From a virus, in the IMG/VR virus record IMGVR_UViG_3300044729_002678, positions 64,001 through 128,000 of that record: a stretch of DNA of 64,000 nucleotides, one strand, 5' to 3'. Positions 38,307 through 49,364 of the stretch are shown piece by piece. Under the pieces are notes generated by a model, which was not told the origin of the DNA, did no database searches, and saw only the letters and a list, made by a program, of their open reading frames with translations. The number at the start of each line of letters is the position of its first letter. Within the stretch, counting starts at the first letter, position 1. The translations under genes were made by a program, and so were the position numbers.

Positions 38307-39383
38307 TTAGAAATCTAATTTTACTTTTAAAAGAATTTCATTAGCATATGATTTCAAAATAGGTTGTGATAATTTTGCAACCGCTAACATTTCATTTGTA
38401 TTATTATACAAGCCAATTGTTGTAATGTATGATTTTGGGTCATTTACAAAAGTTGGTTGTGATAGTGTATATCCCCCATTTGCGGAAGATGTTACATACG
38501 ATGGGTTATTACTAAAATTAAATTTACTGTTTCTTACTCTTAAAAAGTAATATGTGGATTTAACTTCTTCTTCATTTCTGGCTTTAAAAGCGTTGTTTGT
38601 AGAATCAACAGCAGCCGACCTACTGATAGCAGAGAATAACTTAAATGAATTGTTTCCATTGTTATTTGATGATGTGTCTGTTCCCAATGAGGCAGATGCA
38701 TCAAGCGCAGTGCCTGATAAAACAATTACCCCTCTTTGTGGATAAACCCGTCCATATGTTAGTGTAGAAGCTACCGTATTAACCCCTGTTGCCAATGAAC
38801 CTGATACAACATTGTAATATTCTTGTTCAGCCGATGATAACTGTGTTACATCCGCTGAATCATCTATCAATTTTATTTGCTTACCAGAACCACTTATTGT
38901 TAATTCCCAATTACCTCTATCCAATTTATCTTTTAATCTACTTCTTTTGAAATTAACGATGTATATAGAATTTTCATCACCAACGCCTGTAAAATTAAAT
39001 TTAACAGTTGATGATGGTAATAAGGTTTGTTGATATTGTGCGTAAATAGCACGAGATGGTGAATCTGCAAAACCTATACCCGCAGCAGTAGAACCCAAAG
39101 AACCACTACCGAGAGCATGGCCGTATGCTATTGAAAATTGAACCTCTCTCGTCGAATCAGTCCCAACTTTATCATAAACATCATAGTAATAATTACCCGA
39201 AGAAGCGCTTTGTGCAGAAGAGGTAAAAAATGTTGCTAATGATGCTGCATTACCACTAAACAACCCACGCGTTACTCGTTGTGAATCATCCTGATAAATA
39301 TCATCTGCTATTATTTGTTCAAATGTAAATAATGAACCAGCACTAGCACTTGAGCTTCCTAATTGTATTGTTTTAGTTGCCAT
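38307..39383 (-). CDS. Virion structural protein
   Basis: C-terminal YITTIGLYNNTNEMLAVAKLSQPILK. Confidence 0.6.
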   Translation of the reverse strand: MATKTIQLGSSSASAGSLFTFEQIIADDIYQDDSQRVTRGLFSGNAASLATFFTSSAQSASSGNYYYDVYDKVGTDSTREVQFSIAYGHALGSGSLGSTAAGIGFADSPSRAIYAQYQQTLLPSSTVKFNFTGVGDENSIYIVNFKRSRLKDKLDRGNWELTISGSGKQIKLIDDSADVTQLSSAEQEYYNVVSGSLATGVNTVASTLTYGRVYPQRGVIVLSGTALDASASLGTDTSSNNNGNNSFKLFSAISRSAAVDSTNNAFKARNEEEVKSTYYFLRVRNSKFNFSNNPSYVTSSANGGYTLSQPTFVNDPKSYITTIGLYNNTNEMLAVAKLSQPILKSYANEILLKVKLDF

Positions 39384-39406
39384 TTATATATTCCTATTTT
39401 TTTATA

Positions 39407-40009
39407 TTAAATACCTCTAACAGTTGTGGCTTGTGTTGTTGTTGATGTAACAGTTGGTGTAACCGTTACATTTATATCAACTCTACCACCAGTTACATTA
39501 CCAACAACAATTATTTTTGTTGATTGTGTTGTTTCAGGTATCAATTTATTAACAGCCGTAAATCGGAAACTTTCATTATTAATAACTTCAATAGTCCCCA
39601 ATGTATCATCCAACAATGTTACAGTGTAAGGTTGTAAATCACCACTAATAGTAAAGATAACCGAACCACCCGCTGCTGGTAACACACTTTGTTGTGGAAC
39701 ACTTATACTAGCCGGCGTAACAGAAAAAATTGGAACGGATGTTGCGTTCTTTGGTAAAGTTAATAATTTATATCTTAACGCAAAATTTTCATCGGTAATT
39801 GCTTCTAAAACAGGCATATTCTCAATTATCTCACCATAGTAATCCGAACCCAATGAGTGTGCGGTATTCCATAGTGTATAATCAACTTCATCATCACCCA
39901 AAGCGAATTTGGTAATTTCAAAGTTTCCACGGCCGGATGCTAAATACTCTCTACCTTTTTTTGTTAATATAGCATCAACAGTTACCGATGTATTATCTAA
40001 ATATCCCAT
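39407..40009 (-). CDS. Baseplate/tail-collar-like structural protein
   Basis: LTKKGREYLA...ITKFALGDDEVDY; TATTTATA at 40032-40039. Confidence 0.6.
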   Translation of the reverse strand: MGYLDNTSVTVDAILTKKGREYLASGRGNFEITKFALGDDEVDYTLWNTAHSLGSDYYGEIIENMPVLEAITDENFALRYKLLTLPKNATSVPIFSVTPASISVPQQSVLPAAGGSVIFTISGDLQPYTVTLLDDTLGTIEVINNESFRFTAVNKLIPETTQSTKIIVVGNVTGGRVDINVTVTPTVTSTTTQATTVRGI

Positions 40010-40067
40010 ATAATTTCCTACTTTTATTTCTTATAAATATAGATTTTTTAAATTTAATTCCAATTAG

Positions 40068-43000
40068 TTACACAATTAATCTACCAGCGGAGGCTGCGCC
40101 AGTTGTAATTGGTATTGTTGTTGTTGTGGGTGTAGATACTGTCGCATCTTGTACCGATACATTTTGTGGTGCTACTCCCAATACAAATGGGTCTGCTGTA
40201 AATATTTCTACACTTGATTTTCCATCAATTGATGTTACCCCACTATTACAACCATTAAATCTTAGATTTTGCAAGCTTGCAGGCAATTCATCGGTTTGAG
40301 TTGGTGCGGGTACTAATGATGATGAATAATAATTACCAATTGATGCTGATAATGAAGATGAATAAAAATATTGTGTTGTATTTGCGGTCATAGATAATCT
40401 TTGACCCATAATAGAACTAGTGGCTGAATAATTCCAGTAACCATTTGTGGTTGTTAAAGAATATACCCCACTACTTGCTGAAAGAATTGGCGTTGTGTAT
40501 TGATATGTTGATTGTAAATGAGCATCTTTCCAGTCTATATCCGCTAAATAATCATTCTTACTTCCAACTATACTTTGTGGCAGTAAACTAATATTAGCTA
40601 AGTAATCATTTTGGGTGTGTGATATTTTATCACCCCTTTTATATTTGTTTCTTTCCAATATGTGTGGTTCTAACAATACACCACCAATGTATTCGTTTCT
40701 AGCAGGTATTAATTGTTTAACTTGCTCAAATATACTATGGTCATATATAGAAAGCATTTTCAACAACAACCCAATAGCAGTTCCCCTTTTTTGAGCAGAA
40801 CCTGATGCCGCCGTTAAATTAACATATTTATCAAAATATTTTGTAGCCCTATATCTTAATTGCGGATAATCTTCATTGAATCTATCATCTGGGTCTCCAA
40901 CCCAATCATCTACCTCAAAATATCCCTCTGAATTATATATATCATTATTCACAACATCAGTTGAACTAAAATACAACGCTACTAAATTTGAATCAAATGG
41001 AGCGTAATCATATTGAGATACTTCCGCTGTTTTATCAACATCCAATGATGAACTTAAAACTGAAGATTCAATTCTTACTTTGTTGTTATTTAAATTCAAC
41101 GCACCAACAGATGGTATTTTTGTAAATTGAGTATCAACCTCACCAACTAAATCAGATGATATGTGATTTGGTAATGATGCGGTTAATGGTGAACCTCCAG
41201 AGGTTGTTTTAAAAAATTGATTAGGATGTGATGATGATATCGTAGTTGGTAATGATGTAAACCCACTATCAGGAAATATTCTATAAACCAAATTTTTATA
41301 TGAAAATGTGCTGTTTAAATCAGTTGTATTATCATCCGAAAAATATGCTTCAGTATTCTTTGCATGCTCTTCAAATATTTCTTGTGAAAGCGATGATGAA
41401 TAATATCTTATTTCTTGAATTGATGCGGTTGCTGGCATCCCAAACGTAGAGGACCCAATAATAAATTGAGTTGAATTATTAAATATAGCTGTAGAATCAC
41501 CAGTAGTAGATGTGGCTGATAAAGATGCAAGTACATTTCCAAAATCATCTTTAAATGCTGCGTAAATTGTTGTTGAATTATTTGAATTATTTAAAACTAT
41601 GCCAAAAGAACCATCTCTTCTACTTTTATAATTCATATAAGATGAACTCATTATTAGTGAGGCGCCGTGTTTTCCAAGTATTCTAGCTTGGCCACCGGAA
41701 TAGTTCCATTCAAAAACTATATCAGTTGCACCCCCAGTTAATCTACCTATTGTAAAATCACCCAACGGCATTTTACCAATTACTTCAATTGAATTAGGTC
41801 TACTACCATTAATAGTTCCAAATGGATTTCTTATTGTTTTAGAATCAGTTGTTTCTACTTTATATATAAATCTTTCCGATTCATATATATTGGGTTCATC
41901 AACAACTTTCGGTCCGCCGAACTCCCGTATTTTCAAAAGCGTTTCAGGTATACCATAACACGATAAAAGGGCTTTAATAGAACGGGCTGTTCCCTTTGAT
42001 TTGTAAATATATGGTAAGTTATTTAATATTCTACGCCAAACCTCTGCTCTTATTTTTTGTTTTGGTTTTGTTTCCAATCCGCCAATCGTTGTTGAACGAT
42101 TTCCAGATGTATCAGTTCCTAAAACATATTCCCATAAATTAGCTTGCCCCCAACCATTGGATAAATTCCACCCCATTGATTTTGCAACATCGTATAATAA
42201 TTCATCCGACATACCATCATTTGGATGTTCCTCTCGCTTATTAATGTTTGTTAATGATTCAACATATGTCCATAAAATGTCAAAATGCTGTCCAATCATA
42301 TTAACAAATAATAAATAATCTTGGTTTAACGGGTCCTCTTTTAATGAAATCGGAATTAAATTTATAAGAGCAGATTCATTCTGCGAATCATATAATGATG
42401 CTGAACTATAAACTCCTTCATACCAACTTTCGGCTTGTGAGCTAGTTGTTGGGTAAAATACAATTGGATATGTGGATTGTTTTGGATAAGGTACAATCGT
42501 ATTTGTTGATGTTGAATAATGGGTGTATAATGAAGCGCTTACACTTTCATACATCCATTTTTCAAATCCATCAAAACCACCAATTAAAGTATCTCTACGA
42601 GAGATTGATTGAGATATGTTTGTTAATGCATGAGAACCTGAAACTTGTTGTAGTGTTTGTATTCTAGCATTATATGTTTCAATTGTTTGTAATTTGTAAA
42701 AAAAATTATCAACTCTTTCGGTTGCGGATGAATAATGAACAAACTTAGAAAAATCAGAATAATCTATGTTTAATTTTATGTTTCCAAAAGAACCGCTGAA
42801 ATATGAATCTATTATTTGCTGCGATGTTGGTAAATTTGCGCCCAATAAATCATTCCATGTTTGAAAATCAGTTCCATCAGATTTACCGAATTTATCTAAT
42901 TCAATATTAAAGTTTGGTTCTAGAACTTGTTCGGGTTCTACTTCACTAAATTGATTATAAACTATAATTTTTTCAACATAAGATTTCTGCAATCTTCCAT

Positions 43001-43697
43001 CAATAGAAAACCTATCACCAATGTTTATAGTATCGCTGATTGGTGTTACTAATTTTATATAAACCTCGCTTATAAAATCATCATCGCTTCCGTTAAGGTC
43101 GCCAATAAACTTTATACTAGCGACATCAGATATATTATTATTACCAAAATTTAAAATGAATTCAGGCCTATTTTTTGTAAAAATATAATTACTATCGCTT
43201 TGAACCCCACTTTGAATTTCTTTTATTAAATACATTGGTGGATTTTGCAATATACCATTGGCTTTTATTTCGGTTCTATCAGAAGAAATTTCCCCTATTG
43301 TTATATTGTTTGTATCCAACCCACCAAAAAAATTGTATAATGGATTATAAACAAGTGTATATACCCCAAAATCAAACCCAGCCTCTCTAATATCTTTTTC
43401 AGGAGAAAATGCAAACGAAGTATTTTGTGTTTGTATAAATTTTTTATCGTAAACCGATTTTAATAAATTATTTTCAGTATCGTATATATGTAATTCCAAA
43501 GAAGCCGGTATTTCAAAGGAAATAGGAAATGTTGAAAAGTTATCAGTTTTTTGTTTAAGTCTTAATTTAAGGAGGCTATCATCAGGTGATAGTTTTAAAT
43601 TATAGGAATTAATTTTAGTAGCTTGCGCAAAAGTTTCACCATACACCGGTTTGGTATCTAAAACTTCATTTACATTTACAAATCTATCTAAAGACAT
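40068..43697 (-). CDS. Large baseplate wedge-like protein (gp7-like)
   Basis: 1209 aa; LPYIYKSKGTARSIKALLSCYG...IREFGG motif; located in the baseplate cluster. Confidence 0.65.
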   Translation of the reverse strand: MSLDRFVNVNEVLDTKPVYGETFAQATKINSYNLKLSPDDSLLKLRLKQKTDNFSTFPISFEIPASLELHIYDTENNLLKSVYDKKFIQTQNTSFAFSPEKDIREAGFDFGVYTLVYNPLYNFFGGLDTNNITIGEISSDRTEIKANGILQNPPMYLIKEIQSGVQSDSNYIFTKNRPEFILNFGNNNISDVASIKFIGDLNGSDDDFISEVYIKLVTPISDTINIGDRFSIDGRLQKSYVEKIIVYNQFSEVEPEQVLEPNFNIELDKFGKSDGTDFQTWNDLLGANLPTSQQIIDSYFSGSFGNIKLNIDYSDFSKFVHYSSATERVDNFFYKLQTIETYNARIQTLQQVSGSHALTNISQSISRRDTLIGGFDGFEKWMYESVSASLYTHYSTSTNTIVPYPKQSTYPIVFYPTTSSQAESWYEGVYSSASLYDSQNESALINLIPISLKEDPLNQDYLLFVNMIGQHFDILWTYVESLTNINKREEHPNDGMSDELLYDVAKSMGWNLSNGWGQANLWEYVLGTDTSGNRSTTIGGLETKPKQKIRAEVWRRILNNLPYIYKSKGTARSIKALLSCYGIPETLLKIREFGGPKVVDEPNIYESERFIYKVETTDSKTIRNPFGTINGSRPNSIEVIGKMPLGDFTIGRLTGGATDIVFEWNYSGGQARILGKHGASLIMSSSYMNYKSRRDGSFGIVLNNSNNSTTIYAAFKDDFGNVLASLSATSTTGDSTAIFNNSTQFIIGSSTFGMPATASIQEIRYYSSSLSQEIFEEHAKNTEAYFSDDNTTDLNSTFSYKNLVYRIFPDSGFTSLPTTISSSHPNQFFKTTSGGSPLTASLPNHISSDLVGEVDTQFTKIPSVGALNLNNNKVRIESSVLSSSLDVDKTAEVSQYDYAPFDSNLVALYFSSTDVVNNDIYNSEGYFEVDDWVGDPDDRFNEDYPQLRYRATKYFDKYVNLTAASGSAQKRGTAIGLLLKMLSIYDHSIFEQVKQLIPARNEYIGGVLLEPHILERNKYKRGDKISHTQNDYLANISLLPQSIVGSKNDYLADIDWKDAHLQSTYQYTTPILSASSGVYSLTTTNGYWNYSATSSIMGQRLSMTANTTQYFYSSSLSASIGNYYSSSLVPAPTQTDELPASLQNLRFNGCNSGVTSIDGKSSVEIFTADPFVLGVAPQNVSVQDATVSTPTTTTIPITTGAASAGRLIV

Positions 43698-43721
43698 ATT
43701 CTATTTCTTTCTGATTAGAAA

Positions 43722-44048
43722 TTATTGCATTTCAATAGGGTTATTACCTAACGATGGGTCATTTGTTATTATACCACCACCACCAATACTATTATTGGTA
43801 GTAGAAGTTGTAGGAGTGGTAGTCTGATTATTTTGGTTATTACCTAATATCTGAAAAAACTCAGTACTTCCCGAAATAATTTCCGGCGAAACATCTTCAA
43901 CATTTGTTGGGATAATTTGTAAAAAAGAAAGATTTTCAAATTTTCTAACAAAATTATTCAACTCAATTACACCATAAGTATCATTTGAATCTGATAATGA
44001 ATATGATAGAATTCTTCCTTGATTGTTTCTTTTTATTTCTCTTTCCAT
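43722..44048 (-). CDS. Hypothetical protein
   Basis: 108-aa ORF coupled to the upstream gene (TAATG overlap). Confidence 0.55.
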   Translation of the reverse strand: MEREIKRNNQGRILSYSLSDSNDTYGVIELNNFVRKFENLSFLQIIPTNVEDVSPEIISGSTEFFQILGNNQNNQTTTPTTSTTNNSIGGGGIITNDPSLGNNPIEMQ

Positions 44049-45142
44049 TATCTAACTACCTTAAAATAAAAATCATTATCGTAATACTTTTCCAGACCAT
44101 CAGAATCTATTCTAAAAACAAATTTATAATATCTTTCAGGTTGTAATGAATTAAACCAAAAATCAAAATAATTGCTCGTAGAATCACATTCAATCTTTGT
44201 ATAAGTAGTATCAAATGGGATAATTTCTAATTCAGTTTCAACATCTATTAATGACCAATAAGAGGATGTTGGTAAATATTTTACGGTAGATAATGCACCA
44301 CTATTACCAAATGTCCTTTGTGGATATCTTTCTCTACCATAAACCCGAATCCTATCTTTTGAATCTTGTTTATATTCGGATTTTAATCCCTTTGTATATA
44401 AAACAATATTTTCCGAAGTCAATGCAGAAAGTGAGCCTGTTTGAAATTGAGAATCATTCCATTTAACTTCTAATGTAGGCACCCATATGGTATGTGTTTC
44501 GGTTGAAAAGTATTTTGATACACCATACTTAATTGATGATGTTTCATCGGTATTAGACCTTTTAATTATAAACCCATTATTTTGTCTACTACCATTTAGA
44601 ATATCATTTACATATTGAGTTATTTCTATATTTAAATCCGAAACATTTCTACTGAAAGATTGCGAATAAATAGTCCCATTAACAGAGGATGTAAACCATG
44701 TTCCACCACCTGCATTAATTGACCAATATGAGCCTGAATTTATTGGTGATTGAACACTCCAACTAACATTTGTGTTTCTATAAACCCAGTTTGAATCATT
44801 TTCATTGTGAGGTGTATCGGGCAAAGAACCGACACCTTCCGACCAACTTTGTGATATTGGGTAAATATACAAATCATATTCAGAAGGTATTTCTCTTTCA
44901 TCGGATGAAATAAGGTTTAAATAATATTTTATACTACCAGATATTGTCCCATTATTGATTGATTGTGATATTTGAGATAAGTTAAATTGTATCAATATCC
45001 TACTACTACCCAATAGAGTTGTATCATCGGTATCAAAAAATTTACCTACTTCCAATATTTCATCTTTTCCCACATTTTGTAATTTTCGTGTAGAATCTTC
45101 ATATATTGTAGTATCTTTTTGAGGATATATTCTATAAATCAT
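44048..45142 (-). CDS. Structural protein with DNRLRE/CBM96-like beta-sandwich domain
   Basis: KDTTIYE...SRILIQF...SWSEG...GFIIK...FSTETHTIWVPTLEV; GGGAG SD. Confidence 0.6.
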   Translation of the reverse strand: MIYRIYPQKDTTIYEDSTRKLQNVGKDEILEVGKFFDTDDTTLLGSSRILIQFNLSQISQSINNGTISGSIKYYLNLISSDEREIPSEYDLYIYPISQSWSEGVGSLPDTPHNENDSNWVYRNTNVSWSVQSPINSGSYWSINAGGGTWFTSSVNGTIYSQSFSRNVSDLNIEITQYVNDILNGSRQNNGFIIKRSNTDETSSIKYGVSKYFSTETHTIWVPTLEVKWNDSQFQTGSLSALTSENIVLYTKGLKSEYKQDSKDRIRVYGRERYPQRTFGNSGALSTVKYLPTSSYWSLIDVETELEIIPFDTTYTKIECDSTSNYFDFWFNSLQPERYYKFVFRIDSDGLEKYYDNDFYFKVVR

Positions 45143-45152
45143 TTATTTCTCC

Positions 45153-47084
45153 CTAAAATAACGGAACTACTTTACCTCTAATATCCAAATCAGGATACTT
45201 TACTTCAAAAATTGATGGGTCTTTTGCTGGATAAATAATACCATTTCGTGTCGCTTTTTTAATATCATAGATATGTGATGAATATACCCCATTGTATTTA
45301 TTTACTATTTGTAAACCACCCACACCATTTAAATCAGGTCTTACCACAGTCTGAACACCATCTACCCTATCTAACAAAACATAGATATCTGATAATAATA
45401 TCGGTCTATTAATTTGGGCATCAGGTATACTGAAATACTTTTTTAATTCATTAATACACCTTAATAATACTTCATTAGAATTATAATTTGGTAAAACTAC
45501 TACTTCAAAATTAATACCAATATTGATAATGTACACATCTTTAATATTTACAGCATCTGTCAACATTCTATAATAAGAAATATAATTTTTAAGGTTTTGT
45601 TTTGTTGCACTATTCAAAGGTGCTAAGTTTCCGTTTGAATTATATCCACAAGTATATAAATTAATAGCAAGTGGATTTGGTATTTGAAGAGAACCTGCGG
45701 ATGCAACACCACTTACCATTCTATTGTAAGATTTAATTTGATAATCGGGTGCTACATATGCTTTTGCAACAGCTCCGAATTGAGCCGGCATTGCATACGC
45801 TCTAACAACATAATCTTCTGCGGTTACTAATCTGTTTTGGGATGCAAAAAATGCCATAGTGTTATTTCTAACATCTTCAACACTATCTTCTACCTTACCA
45901 CCACTAGCAGCCTCTTCGTTTATTACCGCAACCGAATTTTTTATAGTGTTCCATTGTGCCGTATTTGTTGGAGTTGTTTCATTTTCAAACTCTATGTTTA
46001 TTATTTGAGTTAAATCTTTTGATATTACATTATCAGCAACCCCCTGACCAACTCTATATGTTACAGTCAATGTTGTATTTGCTGGTGCAACTCCATATGT
46101 TTTTGTGTAAAGAAAATTAGATGGGTCTATTGTTTGTGATAAATCAGTCTTTGCTTTATACAAATTAGAACCAACATTATCTGGATTTGGTAATATTTCT
46201 TCATCGGCATTTGATGATACCCCTGCTCCAAATTGCATTGTTATAGAACCATTTTCATCAACCCGTGTAATAAATCTTTTCGGTATTTTTTTTAACCTTA
46301 AAAGATATGGGGTTTCGGAACTGTATTGGTTTAAGTTTAATGTGTAATCTGAATTATTTGGTATTTGCTCAAAAACAGTATCTTGTGCTAAATAATCTAC
46401 TTTAGTCCAAGTATCACCATCACCATCAACGATTTTTATAACATCAATGATTCCAGTATCATCTATTTTAATTTTATCATATGGTTTTGGTGAACCAAAT
46501 GTAAAATCAGCCGTTTTTTCTTCCCCACTAATTACACTTACACTTTTTTTGAAAAGATATAAAACAGGCTCATCTGTTGTTTCATTTATTTGATAAACCG
46601 ATATTTCCGTTGGGTCAAATGATGATGAAAAAGCAAAATCTACTTTTCTAGTGGTATTAAAAACAACATTTGCATTTTGTGTAGATGAAACCTGCATACC
46701 CTCTTTTATTTTTAGGGCGTAATCTAAATCAGGTCTAACATTGTTTCCCGTACCAATGGCTGGGATTAATTGATATACTATTAAATTAGTTGTGGCGGGT
46801 GAATATAATTTTGGTTTATATCCAAGCGATTGAGCTAATTCAAATAAATTCGTAGTTTCTTTGGCCTGTGTAACAATTGATTCTCTCAATTGAACATCGG
46901 TGTAGTATGATAAAACATCCCCAACATACGATGCCATCTCCATAAACATCATACCAGGAGATGATTCATTAAAATCATTATAGGTATTTGGGTAGTATTG
47001 CTTAGCAAAGTCTACGAGGTTTTTCCTAAACTCGGAAAAATCCCTACCTATTAAGCTAACTTCTTTTTTTGAATCATTTAACAT
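45153..47084 (-). CDS. Baseplate wedge subunit (gp6/baseplate J-like)
   Basis: RDFSEFRKNL...YNDFNESSPG...LAQSLGYKP...QNRLVTAEDY motifs. Confidence 0.88.
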   Translation of the reverse strand: MLNDSKKEVSLIGRDFSEFRKNLVDFAKQYYPNTYNDFNESSPGMMFMEMASYVGDVLSYYTDVQLRESIVTQAKETTNLFELAQSLGYKPKLYSPATTNLIVYQLIPAIGTGNNVRPDLDYALKIKEGMQVSSTQNANVVFNTTRKVDFAFSSSFDPTEISVYQINETTDEPVLYLFKKSVSVISGEEKTADFTFGSPKPYDKIKIDDTGIIDVIKIVDGDGDTWTKVDYLAQDTVFEQIPNNSDYTLNLNQYSSETPYLLRLKKIPKRFITRVDENGSITMQFGAGVSSNADEEILPNPDNVGSNLYKAKTDLSQTIDPSNFLYTKTYGVAPANTTLTVTYRVGQGVADNVISKDLTQIINIEFENETTPTNTAQWNTIKNSVAVINEEAASGGKVEDSVEDVRNNTMAFFASQNRLVTAEDYVVRAYAMPAQFGAVAKAYVAPDYQIKSYNRMVSGVASAGSLQIPNPLAINLYTCGYNSNGNLAPLNSATKQNLKNYISYYRMLTDAVNIKDVYIINIGINFEVVVLPNYNSNEVLLRCINELKKYFSIPDAQINRPILLSDIYVLLDRVDGVQTVVRPDLNGVGGLQIVNKYNGVYSSHIYDIKKATRNGIIYPAKDPSIFEVKYPDLDIRGKVVPLF

Positions 47085-47093
47085 TTAATACTC

Positions 47094-47528
47094 CTACGCT
47101 ATTGATAATTCACCTTGACTATCAACTTCTAAAATTATTGTTTGGTTAGAACCTTGTTCAGTTACTTTGAATGAAACTTTTATACTTACTTTATTAAAAT
47201 CCGGTTCAGAATTAACTTCTACCTTTTGTAATAAAATGTAAGGTAGCCAAAAATTAATATCCTCCGATAAAGATTCTTCTAAATTGGAATCTAATTCACT
47301 ATCCATATTTTCAAAAAGAAGTGAATATATATCCGAACCAAAAAGTGGTTGGAATACTCTCTCACCTTTTCTGGTTAGTAAAAGATTTTTCAAATTGGAA
47401 ACTGCTTGCTCTTCAGTCGTATAACTAAGTTTAAATATAGGACTGCCACCCAATGGTAGCATTACACCAACTGCTTTATTTGGTTTTAAATCAATCGGAT
47501 TATACCTATATTCTATTCTGTTAGCCAC
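47094..47528 (-). CDS. Baseplate gp25-like sheath initiator
   Basis: NLKNLLLTRKGERVFQPLFGSDIYSLLFE. Confidence 0.9.
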   Translation of the reverse strand: MANRIEYRYNPIDLKPNKAVGVMLPLGGSPIFKLSYTTEEQAVSNLKNLLLTRKGERVFQPLFGSDIYSLLFENMDSELDSNLEESLSEDINFWLPYILLQKVEVNSEPDFNKVSIKVSFKVTEQGSNQTIILEVDSQGELSIA

Positions 47529-47531
47529 TTA

Positions 47532-48029
47532 TCATCCTCTTTTTTTATTGTTTATAGCCTGCATCAGTTGAGAATAATCTTTGGTTAAAGCATTTACAAC
47601 CGCCTCACCATGTGGTGTTTGTGATAATCTATCCATTGATATCGCATTACCATCAACATCTTGTACTACACTATTTGCAGTATTCATAGTATTGTTCATA
47701 GAACCAAATCCCTGTGCCATATCCGATGTAAACGAATGACCACCATTAATATCTCTCCACTCACCACTTTGATAAGTTTCATTCAATACAGATGATAATA
47801 CAGAATTACCCCCAAATAATTTATTTTGTTTTGGTTTTTGTTTTGTTTCAAAGAGGTGTTCAACATCCAAAGGGTCTTTTTCTACAAAAGATGTTTTTGT
47901 AATATGAGTTCCCCTTTTCAATTCTTTTAAGATAGATTCTTTCAACTGCTTTCTTTCTAAAGCAAGTTGTTTTTTAACTTCACTTTCAATAATGAGTTTT
48001 ATTGCCTGAATTAATTTTGCTGTGTTCAT
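47532..48029 (-). CDS. Hypothetical protein
   Basis: 165 aa; TATTTATT (48033-48040) 3 nt before the ATG. Confidence 0.6.
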   Translation of the reverse strand: MNTAKLIQAIKLIIESEVKKQLALERKQLKESILKELKRGTHITKTSFVEKDPLDVEHLFETKQKPKQNKLFGGNSVLSSVLNETYQSGEWRDINGGHSFTSDMAQGFGSMNNTMNTANSVVQDVDGNAISMDRLSQTPHGEAVVNALTKDYSQLMQAINNKKRG

Positions 48030-48060
48030 AATAATAAATATAATTTTTTATAATAATTAG

Positions 48061-49005
48061 TTATCCTATACCTTGTTTAAGTTTTAGTAATATACTAGCA
48101 ATTTGTGGATGAGCGGTTGTTGCATTTCCTACTACTGGGAAAGTTCCCCTAGCTAATGTTTCTATCGCTGATATAATTAAATTAATTGTAGTGGTGTATT
48201 CCGATGTAGATATTGCTATATCTTTTTTTGACGATATAATTATATTATCTTTTTTACTATTAAAAATTAATCTATCGGAATTTATTATAACTTGCGGATT
48301 TGAAAATTGAGATATATTAGAAACTGATGTTCTATTTGATGGTGTAATCCCAACTTTTTGATTAGAAGTCATCCAAATAGATGAATCATCTTTATTTATA
48401 TCCTCCAAAACAAATTTATCGTAACCCTTTTTATTACTTTCGTTTTGAGTATTCCTTAAAATTGTTATTGGTTTATTTGGATTTGAAGATTGCCATGTTG
48501 GTAATCTTTGTGCATCACTTTCATTTGGTGTGTATCCAAAACGAATGGATTGACCAAATCTACCTTCAAATATAGTATCACCTATGTAGGGTTGTAATTG
48601 TGATAAATTACTAATTTCAGAAAACCCTTTACCAAAATTTTGATTATTATCTTCTACCGAAGAATTGTTTGGTATTGTTTGGGATGTATATGTAGTAGCA
48701 TTAAAAGATTGTGCAGTATTTACAATAGATTTTGGTAATGGGTTATTATTTATAGCTCTTTGTAAAAAAGTTGGCGACATATAATAATAGTCATATCCAC
48801 CAGAAAGAGGGCCCGATGTTGCCCCCATACCATTTATTAAATAAACTTGTTCTCCAATAATTGGAACTGATTTGATATAAGGATTTAATGGATATGCAAA
48901 TTCAGTTGAGGCGTTACCAAAAGACCTTTTAATAGAAACCCTTATTTTGTAAATATCATTTGGATTTCCATCTTTCAAAAAAACTTCAGTTACTTCACCA
49001 AGCAT
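48061..49005 (-). CDS. Baseplate hub/central spike-like protein (gp5-like)
   Basis: AYPL...PIIGEQV OB-like N-terminus; GDTIFEGRFGQSIRF; IINSDRLIFNSK beta-helix-like region. Confidence 0.6.
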   Translation of the reverse strand: MLGEVTEVFLKDGNPNDIYKIRVSIKRSFGNASTEFAYPLNPYIKSVPIIGEQVYLINGMGATSGPLSGGYDYYYMSPTFLQRAINNNPLPKSIVNTAQSFNATTYTSQTIPNNSSVEDNNQNFGKGFSEISNLSQLQPYIGDTIFEGRFGQSIRFGYTPNESDAQRLPTWQSSNPNKPITILRNTQNESNKKGYDKFVLEDINKDDSSIWMTSNQKVGITPSNRTSVSNISQFSNPQVIINSDRLIFNSKKDNIIISSKKDIAISTSEYTTTINLIISAIETLARGTFPVVGNATTAHPQIASILLKLKQGIG

Positions 49006-49364
49006 TATTCATCCTCATCCTTTTTCAGAGATTCTATTTTAGAATCAATATCATCTTTTGCTTCCAATAACTGGCGCTTTTCTTCTTCAGATAATAAGAG
49101 TCCACCATCACCATCTGCTTTATCTAAAAGTTTTTGAGCTATTGCAGCCATTCTAACCAATTGGTCATCGTTCTTTACCGAAACTTCTAAATATTCTTTA
49201 ATAAGTGGAACAACAACTGAAGCATCATTTAGGTTTTTAACCAATGGTTCTAACTGAGCAATCAGTAATTTAATCTGTCTATCTTTTTTACGGGAATTAT
49301 CGTAAATATCTTTTAATAAAGATGAAAACGATGTTCCTTTAAATATATCATCATCCTTTGTCAT
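49005..49364 (-). CDS. Hypothetical helical protein (possible small terminase-like)
   Basis: 119-aa helical ORF; the function is a guess. Confidence 0.5.
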   Translation of the reverse strand: MTKDDDIFKGTSFSSLLKDIYDNSRKKDRQIKLLIAQLEPLVKNLNDASVVVPLIKEYLEVSVKNDDQLVRMAAIAQKLLDKADGDGGLLLSEEEKRQLLEAKDDIDSKIESLKKDEDE